Assembly (NCBI GenBank): GCA_051748045.1
Contig: JBNJGY010000009.1
Coordinates: 1-51,996, forward strand
Direction: 5' to 3'
DNA length: 51,996 nucleotides
Source: Thermotogota bacterium
Lineage (GTDB): Bacteria > Thermotogota > Thermotogae > Petrotogales > Petrotogaceae
Positions within the stretch are counted from its first letter, which is position 1. The number at the start of each line of letters is the position of its first letter. The position numbers were made by a program, and so were the translations under genes. Positions 7,907-18,207 of this stretch are shown here, piece by piece. The notes beneath the pieces were generated by a model that did not search any database, was not told the DNA's origin, and saw only the letters and a list, made by a program, of their open reading frames with translations.

Positions 7907-10900
7907 TATTCTACTTTCATTATGATTTTATTATTAATTCCATAAGAATTTGGTAAATACATATTATAAGCAAAATCAGGTTTTAAATAAAATTCTCCCT
8001 CAGATAGAATTTTGAAATAATATTCAAAATCTCCATCAGTATATATGTCGCTAAAGAATGTCATTTTATTTTTTTTAAATTCATAGGAAGTATAATTATG
8101 ATTCCAATCAGTATACCAATAGTTATAATATTTTCCTGAGGATGTTACTTTTCTTTCTTTGTAATGTTCTAATAATTGAGAATTAGAAGGTATATAACTT
8201 TCTAATGTTAAAAATTCTTTGACGTCAGAATCAATATTTATTTTAGTTTTTAATATATCACTTTTTTGAATTTTTATTTGATCATTTTGAATTTTTATTT
8301 GATAAACACCTTGGATATCTGACCATTCTTTGTTTGCATAAAATTTTATTCCGCCAAAAAAAGTAATATTATTATTCTCATCTTTAACAATTTTCTTTGA
8401 AACAAATGGATATTTTTTTGTTATGGAATTATTATTAATATCGAAAATATAAGTATAATTCCCAAATAAATATATTTTATCATTTAAAGTGTCCAACCCA
8501 AAAATATCCTCTTCAATAGGATTTTTTTCTCCATTATAATTCAAATATTTTTTAGTATTATCTTCAGAAATATATATAAATTTATTTTTATATATACTCA
8601 TAGATATAATATCATCTTCATAATTAAAAAGAATACCATTTTCAAATTTATATAACTTAGAATTTTTATCTAGTATATAAATCTCTTCATCGTGAATTAA
8701 TAGTTCTCGTGGATCTTCGATTTTTTTATCATAAATATATAAAGTAGAGTTTTCACTATTGTATTTTAAATTTTCTTTTATATCTAAATCTTTATTTTTT
8801 ATATATACATATGAAAAATTTGGTTTTTTTAATATATCATCATTTTTAAGAAAATCTATTGACTGTATTTTTAGATTTTCTTTAGTATTTAAAAAATAAT
8901 CTATTAAATATACATCTTTTTCTTTTTGTATTTTTGTAGTAAATTTCTTAAAATATTCTTTTTCTATTTTTACTTTTCCTGGTTCATCGATAATATTTTT
9001 TTCAGATAACACTTCAATTATTCCATTTTTATCAATAAGAGTCTCTTTATCTACAGTAATAAAATCATTATTTTCAGAAGAAAGATTTAAATATTTCTTA
9101 GCTTTTAATATAGCCCTTAAAGCAATAGCTGTATCTTTTGTGGAAAACCAGTTTCTACTAGTTCTTAAATTTATTATATTGTTCATAAGTTTTATTATAG
9201 CTGTTTTGTTATAATTATTTTCAACCATAGATTTTAATAAATAAGAGTTTAATTCTAAGTCTGTTGTATATGAGTTATTTATATCATATGAAATTATATC
9301 TTCTGTTTTTTTTATATTTTCCATTAAAATGTCAAAAGCATCATCATTATAAAATGACATAAATAATAGATCATATTTAGATGCTTTATTCAAAGGTATA
9401 TTTATAGCTTCGTCATACAAAGATAGAATATAGTTTGAATAGCCATCAATAACATTAGATTTTAAAAAGTCTAAACCTTTGTCAATAACTTTTTTACTTA
9501 CTTGATAACCATTCTCTTGAATAATATGCAAAGCCTCTAAAACGTAGGTTGATATTAATAAGTCAGATTTATCTGAATTCATCCACCAACCCCAACCACC
9601 ATCTTCTTGTTGATATTTATATAATATCTGAAGAGATGAAACCACTTTTTTATCTAATTTTTCAATTTTATAGCCTGAATTTGACGCTTCGATAATAGGA
9701 ATTAATGTTGAAACAGTTTGTTCAGAGCATCGGTACTCATAATTATCTAAAAAACTAATATTATCAGTAATGATATTTTCTATGGAAAAACTTCTATATT
9801 TTTCACCAGGATATAACTTTATACTTTTTTCATCTGAATTTTTTATGTTTATAAACTCTTTATCTATCGAATCTGAAATTATTTCAACTGGTAATTTTAC
9901 TATATCTTCTTCAAAATCAAAAACAATTTTATCTTTTCCAATGGAATTAGCCAAAAAATCAAAATTGATTATTTTAGAAGATCCTGATTGTATTTTAATT
10001 TCATTATCTAATGTAGTTATATTGAATAGATTTTTTTCAGAGCTAATTCTATATTTGATCACTTTATCCTTTTGTGTATTGTTAACTACTCTGACATTTA
10101 ATTTTATCATGTCATTAATTGTATAATATTCAGGTATATACGGCGTTATATAAAAATCTTTTTTGCTCTTATATTTAATTTCCTTTTTTTCAATTTTTTC
10201 ATTGCTTATTCCTAAAACATTAACTTTCCACCTAGTTAGTGAATCTGGATTTTTAAAAACAATATTTTTTTCTTTATCTATTTCTATAAAAGGAATCCAT
10301 AAAGCATTATCAGGAAAATATTCTCTAATGTTTTCATTAGTTCCTGAACCTTTATAAGAAGCAAACCTATGTGCATTTTTTTCACTCAATTCTGATAAAT
10401 TTCTTAAATAAAAATAATTTGCTCTACCTGTTAAATCAAGATTAGATGAATATAATTCAGGATATAGAGAATCAATCATATCATAATTGTCTTCATGAAC
10501 TTTATATAAAGCCTCATCAACTATAGAAATATTAAAAATACCTTTCGTATTAGTTTTTATAGACAATTTAATTTCCTCTCCTGGTTTATAAAAATCTTTA
10601 TCTTTAATTATTTCGAAATCATAGTTTAGTTTCTCTTTTTTCATATCTAATGATTTATTATCCTTTAATATTTGCCCATTGTATAAAGCTATTGCTTCTA
10701 CAAAAATATTTTTTTCTAAGATTTTTTTTGGTATTGTTATGTTATAAATATCTTGATTTTCTTTTAATTCAATTTTTTCATAGATATTTAATCCAGTTAA
10801 ATATAAATACCCTAAAGTATTTTCTGGTTTATTTACTTTTATTGTCAATTTATTATCTTGTCTTTTTATTATTTCTAATTTAAAATCCACAATTTCATTA

Positions 10901-12420
10901 TTATTCTCATTAATATTAAAATAATATGTTTTAATAGAATTATTATATTCAAACTTAGCAGTATAAAAACCTTGTTCTAGATCAGATATTTTAAATTCTC
11001 CCTCACCATTAATAACATTTATTTTATCTTTATAAAAAGTTTTATCTGTATAAGTTTCATCTTCATATACCTCTTTTTTTATTTCTAAATCGACTTTACC
11101 AGTAATTTTATTATCATTTCTATCTTGTAAAGAAATTTTATAAATTTCTTTTATATCTAAATAATAATCATCTGTATTCAATATTTCAATTTTATATTTC
11201 CCTTTTATAACTTTTACATATATGTTTTCTTCCATTTGTTTTTGTGAAGGATCTATTGAAATAATTTCTAAATTATAGTATCCATCTTCTTCAATATCTA
11301 CTTTTACTGGAATTTTTAATTTTCCATTATCATTAGTAAAAGATTGTCCATCATATATTAATTTATCTCTAGACATTGGATACCTGCCATAATAAATATA
11401 ATATTTTATTTCTGCCTCTGAAACAGGATTCCCATCAAAATAATTTAATGATATATCAAAAAAAGCTGTATCATTATCATAAAATAAGTTATCACTTTTT
11501 ATATCAATTTCATATGTAGGTTTTTCATAATTTTCTACTATAAAACCTGTATTTTTATTATTTGTTTTTGAATTGATTGAAACACTATAATAACCGAAAG
11601 GTGTGTTCTCTGATAAAAAATAGCTATCACTAAAAACACCTAATTCATTTGTTCTAATTTCTTTTTCAACTAACTTATTTCCCGCTGGATCCTTTATTGT
11701 ATATACCATATCTGTGTTTGGTTTTAATATATAATAATTTTCTTTTTTTTCAAAAGAATAAATATTAAAATTTATTTCTTGATTATTTTTATAAATTGGT
11801 TTGTCTTTTAAAAATTCAATTGGAGAATTTGGATAACTATTTTTATAAAAATAATAATTTTTAAAAGCTATTCCCTCTTCACTTTTTATATATATTTCTT
11901 TTAAATCTGTTATATTATAATTTAATGTTTTTTTATCATTAAATATAACTGTTTCACCCTCACTATTTACAATATATATATCTGAACTAACAAAATTATT
12001 TTTTACATCTCTTATATCAAGAAATAAATTATTTCCGTCATATGATGAAATGAAATTTAAATTAGATATGAAAAATGAATCCGAAGAAATTATTTTATTT
12101 TCTTTTACAAACTCTATATAATATAATCCCTTATCTTTAATTATAATTTTTTCATCAATGTTACCAGTTTTATTTGCATTCAATATTTTAGTCATGTATA
12201 TTTTCTTTTCTTCTTTTTCTATACCTCTGTTCATAATAACTTTTATATCATTTTCTACTTTATAAATTTTCATAAAAACTTGAGTCTCATTATATCCTTT
12301 TATGTATATAGGATCACCTGAATTTAAAACATTTTGTCCTTGAATATAAACATATGAAAACCCAATGCTTATAAAAAAAACAAGAAGGTTTGTTAATAAA
12401 ATTTTTTTCACGTCTCCCAC
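7906..12420 (-). CDS. Bacterial alpha-2-macroglobulin with thioester motif
   Basis: DKPIYK (MG2), TNELGVFS, VENYEKPTY, VDEALY, IREYFPDNALW, PDSLTRW, YEYRCSEQT (CxEQ), YQQEDGGWGWW, WFSTKDTA, AYNMYLP. Confidence 0.92.
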   Translation of the reverse strand: MGDVKKILLTNLLVFFISIGFSYVYIQGQNVLNSGDPIYIKGYNETQVFMKIYKVENDIKVIMNRGIEKEEKKIYMTKILNANKTGNIDEKIIIKDKGLYYIEFVKENKIISSDSFFISNLNFISSYDGNNLFLDIRDVKNNFVSSDIYIVNSEGETVIFNDKKTLNYNITDLKEIYIKSEEGIAFKNYYFYKNSYPNSPIEFLKDKPIYKNNQEINFNIYSFEKKENYYILKPNTDMVYTIKDPAGNKLVEKEIRTNELGVFSDSYFLSENTPFGYYSVSINSKTNNKNTGFIVENYEKPTYEIDIKSDNLFYDNDTAFFDISLNYFDGNPVSEAEIKYYIYYGRYPMSRDKLIYDGQSFTNDNGKLKIPVKVDIEEDGYYNLEIISIDPSQKQMEENIYVKVIKGKYKIEILNTDDYYLDIKEIYKISLQDRNDNKITGKVDLEIKKEVYEDETYTDKTFYKDKINVINGEGEFKISDLEQGFYTAKFEYNNSIKTYYFNINENNNEIVDFKLEIIKRQDNKLTIKVNKPENTLGYLYLTGLNIYEKIELKENQDIYNITIPKKILEKNIFVEAIALYNGQILKDNKSLDMKKEKLNYDFEIIKDKDFYKPGEEIKLSIKTNTKGIFNISIVDEALYKVHEDNYDMIDSLYPELYSSNLDLTGRANYFYLRNLSELSEKNAHRFASYKGSGTNENIREYFPDNALWIPFIEIDKEKNIVFKNPDSLTRWKVNVLGISNEKIEKKEIKYKSKKDFYITPYIPEYYTINDMIKLNVRVVNNTQKDKVIKYRISSEKNLFNITTLDNEIKIQSGSSKIINFDFLANSIGKDKIVFDFEEDIVKLPVEIISDSIDKEFINIKNSDEKSIKLYPGEKYRSFSIENIITDNISFLDNYEYRCSEQTVSTLIPIIEASNSGYKIEKLDKKVVSSLQILYKYQQEDGGWGWWMNSDKSDLLISTYVLEALHIIQENGYQVSKKVIDKGLDFLKSNVIDGYSNYILSLYDEAINIPLNKASKYDLLFMSFYNDDAFDILMENIKKTEDIISYDINNSYTTDLELNSYLLKSMVENNYNKTAIIKLMNNIINLRTSRNWFSTKDTAIALRAILKAKKYLNLSSENNDFITVDKETLIDKNGIIEVLSEKNIIDEPGKVKIEKEYFKKFTTKIQKEKDVYLIDYFLNTKENLKIQSIDFLKNDDILKKPNFSYVYIKNKDLDIKENLKYNSENSTLYIYDKKIEDPRELLIHDEEIYILDKNSKLYKFENGILFNYEDDIISMSIYKNKFIYISEDNTKKYLNYNGEKNPIEEDIFGLDTLNDKIYLFGNYTYIFDINNNSITKKYPFVSKKIVKDENNNITFFGGIKFYANKEWSDIQGVYQIKIQNDQIKIQKSDILKTKINIDSDVKEFLTLESYIPSNSQLLEHYKERKVTSSGKYYNYWYTDWNHNYTSYEFKKNKMTFFSDIYTDGDFEYYFKILSEGEFYLKPDFAYNMYLPNSYGINNKIIMKVE

Positions 12421-12425
12421 CTCAC

Positions 12426-13424
12426 TTATATTATGAATATTTTCTCTTTCTGAATATATTTTATTAATTCAGAAAGTACATAATTAATTGCTCTTTCTTT
12501 CTCACTCAATTTATAAGAAGCAATATTATCTATTACCTTATAATCGTCAAATGCAATAGATGAATTAGAATGCTTTTTCAAATTTTTTAAATAAATATTT
12601 GAAATTCTAAATAGTCCAATACTTATATCTCTTATTAGTTTTGGGTCTAAGTAAGTAAATATTTTTTCAATAATTAAAGAATAATAATCTTCAAAATTTT
12701 CCTCTATTATAATTGGATCTATTGAAAGTCTGACTTTCCAACCTTTTTCTTGTGCTTTTTTTATAGATTGCAAACGGTCCTTTAAACTAGGAGTTTTAAA
12801 TTCATATTTTGTTATAATTTGTTGAGGATTTATAGTCCATGCTGGTATAACTCTTTCTGTAATATTTTCTGGAAGAATATTATGAAGAAATTTAGATTTC
12901 GTTCTAATTTCAACATTTATATTTTTTAGATTCAATATTTTACCCAACCACTTTTCTATAAAAGGATATACAAATTCAAAAAGTGGATAATCTGTGTCAT
13001 AGCCTAAACTTAAATAAATATTTTCATTTTTTTTTGATAGCTTTTCTAATTCCTTGAAATAATCCTCCAAATTAACAAAAATAACTATGTTAGAGGAAGG
13101 ATACATACCTCCTAAATAACAATATTTACAATCATATAGACAGTTTATTATATTATTTGTATAAAAAAATGATGAATTATCAAAATCATGGCACATTTTG
13201 CTACCTTTATAAATAAAGTTTTCTTTTTTTTCTGCCAAAATTAGTTTTTGGGAATTTTTTTGCAAAGAGAAATTTTGATCGAATCCAGAAAAAACATTTT
13301 TGTAATCATCTATAATCATTACTTTTGAATTTTTGAATTTTTGAATTATTGTTTTTGTAATAGGATTTTTTAAAACCTTTTGTTCAACATATATATGTGA
13401 AAATAAGCTATTAAATAATTTCAT
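12426..13424 (-). CDS. Spore photoproduct lyase-like radical SAM protein
   Basis: FSHIYVE N-terminus, NCLYDCKYCYL cluster motif, FVNLEDY, EIRTKS, AWTINP, PSLKDRL, DPII; start placed at ATG 13424. Confidence 0.85.
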   Translation of the reverse strand: MKLFNSLFSHIYVEQKVLKNPITKTIIQKFKNSKVMIIDDYKNVFSGFDQNFSLQKNSQKLILAEKKENFIYKGSKMCHDFDNSSFFYTNNIINCLYDCKYCYLGGMYPSSNIVIFVNLEDYFKELEKLSKKNENIYLSLGYDTDYPLFEFVYPFIEKWLGKILNLKNINVEIRTKSKFLHNILPENITERVIPAWTINPQQIITKYEFKTPSLKDRLQSIKKAQEKGWKVRLSIDPIIIEENFEDYYSLIIEKIFTYLDPKLIRDISIGLFRISNIYLKNLKKHSNSSIAFDDYKVIDNIASYKLSEKERAINYVLSELIKYIQKEKIFII

Positions 13425-14205
13425 TGATGAATTTTTCAAAATAATAATTCCTTTCATTTTTATTTTTGAAATTTTTAGATAGGAAAATATCTAAATTTTT
13501 TTCTTCAAAATTTTTATCTAAAATTAATTTATATATTAATTTACTTAATTTATCTTGTTGATACTTAGTGAAAGTTGAATTATAAATCTTTTCCTTTATT
13601 CTTTCTAATTCATCTAATTTATATAATTTTTTTTGTGACTTACTTATATTATATAACTTTTCAAGAGTATTTTTTATTTGATAATGGTTGATTTTCACAT
13701 TTTCGATATTGAAATTTTCTAAACCGGTATCGCTTATAGTTTTAATAATAAAAATATTTTGTCTTTCGAAATATTTTCTTGATATATGATAAAAAGCAGA
13801 CCCTTCCATATCATAAATAAGATCTTTAATCATTTCGTTATTATTTATAGGCTTATGTACAGTCTTCAAAGAGGCTTCTTCTAAATCTAAATTATAAGTC
13901 ATATCTAATATTTTATCTTTATGATTCAATGAATCATAAACTTTATTGATTCTGAAAGTTTTATTTAAATTACTTTTTGTTTTTGTTGCAGAAATACCAA
14001 AGTTTAATATGATATCATTTTTTCGTATAGGAAAAAGAGCTGATATATATGCAACTAAGGAGCTTACATTGTAAGCTCCTATTCCTGTTATTATTAATGT
14101 GAACTTTTCATTTATATAAATATCATGGTATTTATTTTTTAATTTTTTTAATTTTAAATTTAGTAAATTTTTTTCGAATTTAGTCGAAACAAAAATATAA
14201 ATCAT
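13411..14205 (-). CDS. Nucleoside phosphorylase / MTA-SAH nucleosidase-like protein
   Basis: ITGIG, ILNFGIS, YDMEGSAF, KTISD motifs of the PNP_UDP_1 fold. Confidence 0.7.
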   Translation of the reverse strand: MIYIFVSTKFEKNLLNLKLKKLKNKYHDIYINEKFTLIITGIGAYNVSSLVAYISALFPIRKNDIILNFGISATKTKSNLNKTFRINKVYDSLNHKDKILDMTYNLDLEEASLKTVHKPINNNEMIKDLIYDMEGSAFYHISRKYFERQNIFIIKTISDTGLENFNIENVKINHYQIKNTLEKLYNISKSQKKLYKLDELERIKEKIYNSTFTKYQQDKLSKLIYKLILDKNFEEKNLDIFLSKNFKNKNERNYYFEKFINEII

Positions 14206-14214
14206 ATTTTAAAC

Positions 14215-15597
14215 CTAAAATAATTGTTTTGAGGTATTTTCATTTTTCTCGTTGTATTTTTGATTTGCACCTTCATAATTTATCCTCAAATGAGTGTCAT
14301 CATTAAAAATGTTGTTTAAAGCAACTTTTAAATCATTTTTATATTTCATAATTAACGAATATTCTAAAGTTTGTTCTTTTTTAATTTTTATAATAAAAGA
14401 GTTATTTTCTAGAATATACTTTGATAATTTTAAAGCATATATTAATGCCATGTTTATTTTTTTCTGATTTTTATAGAAATAATCAAATATTTGTGATACA
14501 TTTTTATCTTCTTTTTTAGTTTCTGCACTATCTTTTTCTATAGATTTAATATCATTATCTTTATTACTAATTTTAATATCTTTTTGAAATCTGATTTTAT
14601 ACGCAAATGTTGTAACCAACGTTTCAAATAACAGTCTTTTATTTTCACTGAATTTCATTTCTTTGTGAATGTTTTGTAATTCTTCTAGTATTATAAAAAA
14701 TTTATTATTTTTTTCTTTTTTTATTAAAAATATTAATTTTTCCATACTTTCTTCAATTAACAATTCAGGATCTTTACCCAAATCAAATATTTCACTAGAG
14801 ATATTTAATATTGAGTCTACATCAGAATTAAAAATAGAATTAATGAAATCCATAATGAATTTATCGTCATAAACTCCTAATATTTTTACAATATCTTCTT
14901 TATTAATGCTTTCATCAGAGAACTTAATAACCTGTTCTAATAAAGATATTGCATCTCTCATACCACCTTTTGCTTTTCTAGAAATTAAGCTAATAGCTGA
15001 TTCTTCTATACTTATATTTTCATTTTCAGAAATCTTTTTTAAATTTTCAATGATATCTATTTCAGATAAATTTTTAAAATTTAACAATTGTGATCTTGAA
15101 ATTATCGTATCTGGAATTTTTTCTAGATTTGTTGTAGCTAAAACAAAAATAACATGTTCTGGTGGTTCTTCTAAAGTTTTTAAAAGAGCATTAAAAGCTT
15201 CTTTTGTGAGCATATGAATTTCATCTATAATATATACTTTATATTTCCCTTTTACTGGTCTATAGTTTGCAGAATCTCTTATTTGCCTAATTTCATCTAT
15301 ACCTCTATTTGATGCTGCATCTAATTCTATTACATCCATAAAGTTATTCTCATTAATAGCCTTACAATTTGAACATTTATTACAAGGATTTGAACTCTCA
15401 GGAGATTCACAGTTAACTATTTTTGCTAATATTCTTGCTGTAGTGGTTTTTCCAGTACCTCTTGGACCTGAAAAAATATATGCATGTGATATATTATCTT
15501 TAATAACTGCATTTTTAAAATATTTTTTTATATGTGTTTGACCAAAAATTTCATCAAACGTTTTTGGCCTGTAAACTCTGTATAAACTTTGTTTCAT
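14215..15597 (-). CDS. dnaX: DNA polymerase III subunit gamma/tau
   Basis: LYRVYRPKTF, GPRGTGKTT, Cys zinc module, ELDAASNRGIDEIR, DEIHMLTKEAFNALLKTLEEPP, GGMRDA. Confidence 0.97.
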   Translation of the reverse strand: MKQSLYRVYRPKTFDEIFGQTHIKKYFKNAVIKDNISHAYIFSGPRGTGKTTTARILAKIVNCESPESSNPCNKCSNCKAINENNFMDVIELDAASNRGIDEIRQIRDSANYRPVKGKYKVYIIDEIHMLTKEAFNALLKTLEEPPEHVIFVLATTNLEKIPDTIISRSQLLNFKNLSEIDIIENLKKISENENISIEESAISLISRKAKGGMRDAISLLEQVIKFSDESINKEDIVKILGVYDDKFIMDFINSIFNSDVDSILNISSEIFDLGKDPELLIEESMEKLIFLIKKEKNNKFFIILEELQNIHKEMKFSENKRLLFETLVTTFAYKIRFQKDIKISNKDNDIKSIEKDSAETKKEDKNVSQIFDYFYKNQKKINMALIYALKLSKYILENNSFIIKIKKEQTLEYSLIMKYKNDLKVALNNIFNDDTHLRINYEGANQKYNEKNENTSKQLF

Positions 15598-15598
15598 T

Positions 15599-16225
15599 TC
15601 AATCCCTCACTTTATAAGGCTTTTCTTCAATTTTTTGAAACTTAAAAAATGAAACTCTGTTTTCTATTATTTTTTTTAAATTTTCTAATTTTTTTTCATC
15701 AATAGAAATTTCAAAATCAACCTTATCAGTATAATTTATTTTTTCGATTTTCCATCCTATTTCTCTTTTTAAAAATCTTTCAATTTCAGAATAATTAGAG
15801 TAATCTGTTTGTGCTTTAAAAATATGCGTGTCTCTATACTGAACAATATTTGAATTTTTTAATGTTTCTGCAGCGGTTTGAGAATAAGCCTCAATTAAAC
15901 CTCTTACTCCCAATTTTATTCCTCCAAAAAACCTTGTAATTACAATAACTATATTTTCTAAATCATGTTTTTGTATTTCACCATGTATAGGCTTTCCAGC
16001 TGTTCCTGAAGGTTCTCCATTATCTGAAAAATTATAAATAAATCTATTTTCCTTTACATAATAAGCCCAGCAATTATGATTTGCATTTTTATATTTATCA
16101 TTTATTTCTTTTATAAAATCTTTTGCTTGTTCTTCTGTATCTACTTTTGCACAATTTCCGATAAACTCAGATCTTTTTATATTAATTTTAGTTTCTTGAT
16201 TTTTAAAAATTGATTTATATGACAT
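15599..16225 (-). CDS. YigZ/IMPACT family protein
   Basis: IKRSEFIG, ANHNCWAY, DNGEPSGTAGKP, RFFGGIKLGVRGLIEAY. Confidence 0.93.
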   Translation of the reverse strand: MSYKSIFKNQETKINIKRSEFIGNCAKVDTEEQAKDFIKEINDKYKNANHNCWAYYVKENRFIYNFSDNGEPSGTAGKPIHGEIQKHDLENIVIVITRFFGGIKLGVRGLIEAYSQTAAETLKNSNIVQYRDTHIFKAQTDYSNYSEIERFLKREIGWKIEKINYTDKVDFEISIDEKKLENLKKIIENRVSFFKFQKIEEKPYKVRD

Positions 16226-17017
16226 TTAAGAAAACCTCTTAATTTTTATAAAAGTTGGATATTCAGATATCATTAAATAATCTGAAGCTGAATTTTGATT
16301 TAAAGATATTTCTAAAAATTCTGAACTATCAAAATGCATTAATAGATCTTTATTGTTATTTTCATCATAAAAATCTTTAAAATTTATTTTATTTCTTTTA
16401 TCGTTAATAATTATTTCATAACTGTATTTTTTATTAAAAAAAGAACCATAATCTTTAAAAATATCTGTTTCTAAATTTCCAAAACTATCTTGAAAAATGA
16501 TTTTTCCAAAAATAGTATCATTATTTAAATATGGTTTTTCATCATTTATTTTTACTAATTTACATAGTGTGTCACCAAAATATTTAATTTTAACATTTTT
16601 TGATAAATATCCAGCACATGAACCAAAAATGTCTCTTCCATGAAAAGTATAACTATTAGACCAATGATATTTTTTATTGTTTAATTCTATAATTTTTTTA
16701 ATTCCATATTCTTCAGATACCTTGCTTAATATACCGTTATCAGGAGCAATAAAATAATATTTTGGTTTTGTAGTTTCTAATAAAATTGCTTTTCTTTCGC
16801 TGCCTACAGTAGGATCTATAACAGCTAAAATAATAGTACCTTCTTTAAATTCTTTTGAAACTCTATATAATATATGATTATAGGATAAAATATTAAATTT
16901 CTCCATATTATGAGATATATCTATAATATCTACTTTAGTATTAATTTGTTTTATAACTGATTTAACAGTTGATACATAATAACTATCTGTCCCCCAATCT
17001 GTTATAAAAGCTATCAT
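16226..17017 (-). CDS. DUF62 SAM hydroxide adenosyltransferase / halogenase family
   Basis: ITDWG, DISH, VIDPTVGSER, APDNG, TFHGRDIF, DSFGNL. Confidence 0.9.
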   Translation of the reverse strand: MIAFITDWGTDSYYVSTVKSVIKQINTKVDIIDISHNMEKFNILSYNHILYRVSKEFKEGTIILAVIDPTVGSERKAILLETTKPKYYFIAPDNGILSKVSEEYGIKKIIELNNKKYHWSNSYTFHGRDIFGSCAGYLSKNVKIKYFGDTLCKLVKINDEKPYLNNDTIFGKIIFQDSFGNLETDIFKDYGSFFNKKYSYEIIINDKRNKINFKDFYDENNNKDLLMHFDSSEFLEISLNQNSASDYLMISEYPTFIKIKRFS

Positions 17018-17027
17018 TTTAAAATCA

Positions 17028-18203
17028 CTACCTTTTGTTTTTTAATAACATTAATAAATAAGAAAACAATAAAAATGTAGCTCCAAATATAAAAAGCATA
17101 TATATTTCATAAGATATATTATTTATAGAATAACCTAAAATAGATAATTTTCTCCATGATTCAATAGAATATTTTATTGGTAAAAAATTAGATATATTGA
17201 ATACTAGAGAATCTTTAGGTACAGGAATTAAAATATCTCCGAAAAGAACTAAACCACCTGTTAATGAAGTTAAGAAAAATGATGTTGCTTTTGAATTATT
17301 AGTAATAGAAGCTACTAATATTCCTAATGAAGTATATGTAAATACATTTAAAGCAACAATAAGGATAATATTTATTTCAGGAGTAACTGAGCTAACTCCA
17401 AAGAGTCTATAAATATACCAAGAATATAAACTTGCTATTAATCCGATAATAAAATAAGCTATAAATTTAAAACCAATGAATTCAAATATTTTTAATCCAT
17501 TTGCTCTATAAATATCAAAAAGTCCATTTTCTTTTGTTTGAGAAATACTATTTCCTATTCCAATCATTGAAAATAGTAAAACCATAATAATAGTTACTAC
17601 AGGAGAAAAAATGTCTTTGAATCCAAGATTATTATTTTGAGATAATTTTAGTTCTGAAGAACCAACTTGAGGAATTAATAATTTTATATTAGGTTTTTTC
17701 CTATTTTCATCTACTGAAATTCCACCTTGCAATAAAAAGTTTACTGTTGAACCACTTGATAACTCTGGAATACCACTCAATTCTCTAAATAAAGCATCTA
17801 CTATAGAATAAATAGAGAAAGAATCTTGTAAATTATCAGGATTTGGGATAATATAAAGCTCATTTTCTTCATAATTTCTCAATGACTCCATAAATCCTTC
17901 AGGAATTATAAGAATAGAATCATAATCCTTTTTAGCTACAAAATCATTTAGTTGTTCCTCCGATTTTATCTCAACTGCGTTATCCCATTTTAAAAATTGT
18001 CTTAAAAACATAAACCCAAACTTCCCTAAAAATGAATCATCTTCATTATAAACACCAATTTTATAATCACCAATTATATTATCTGGATAGAAAGAAGCTC
18101 CTAAATAGGCAATTACAATAGGTAATATTATTATTAAAATTAACATGCCAGGATTTCTGAAAATTTTTTTTATTTCAAATATTGATAGTTTAAATATTTT
18201 CAC
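17028..18203 (-). CDS. ABC-2 type exporter permease
   Basis: EIKKIFRN N-terminus, one TM helix plus large extracytoplasmic domain (VYNED) plus five further TM helices; FLPIKY. Confidence 0.8.
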   Translation of the reverse strand: MKIFKLSIFEIKKIFRNPGMLILIIILPIVIAYLGASFYPDNIIGDYKIGVYNEDDSFLGKFGFMFLRQFLKWDNAVEIKSEEQLNDFVAKKDYDSILIIPEGFMESLRNYEENELYIIPNPDNLQDSFSIYSIVDALFRELSGIPELSSGSTVNFLLQGGISVDENRKKPNIKLLIPQVGSSELKLSQNNNLGFKDIFSPVVTIIMVLLFSMIGIGNSISQTKENGLFDIYRANGLKIFEFIGFKFIAYFIIGLIASLYSWYIYRLFGVSSVTPEINIILIVALNVFTYTSLGILVASITNNSKATSFFLTSLTGGLVLFGDILIPVPKDSLVFNISNFLPIKYSIESWRKLSILGYSINNISYEIYMLFIFGATFLLFSYLLMLLKNKR

Positions 18204-18207
18204 AGTT

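Noticed and set aside
14700-14725. A-rich slippery-looking run in dnaX as a gamma/tau frameshift site
   Set aside because: Such runs are common in this genome. No stimulatory hairpin was seen, and the site lies inside the oligomerisation domain, too early for a functional gamma.
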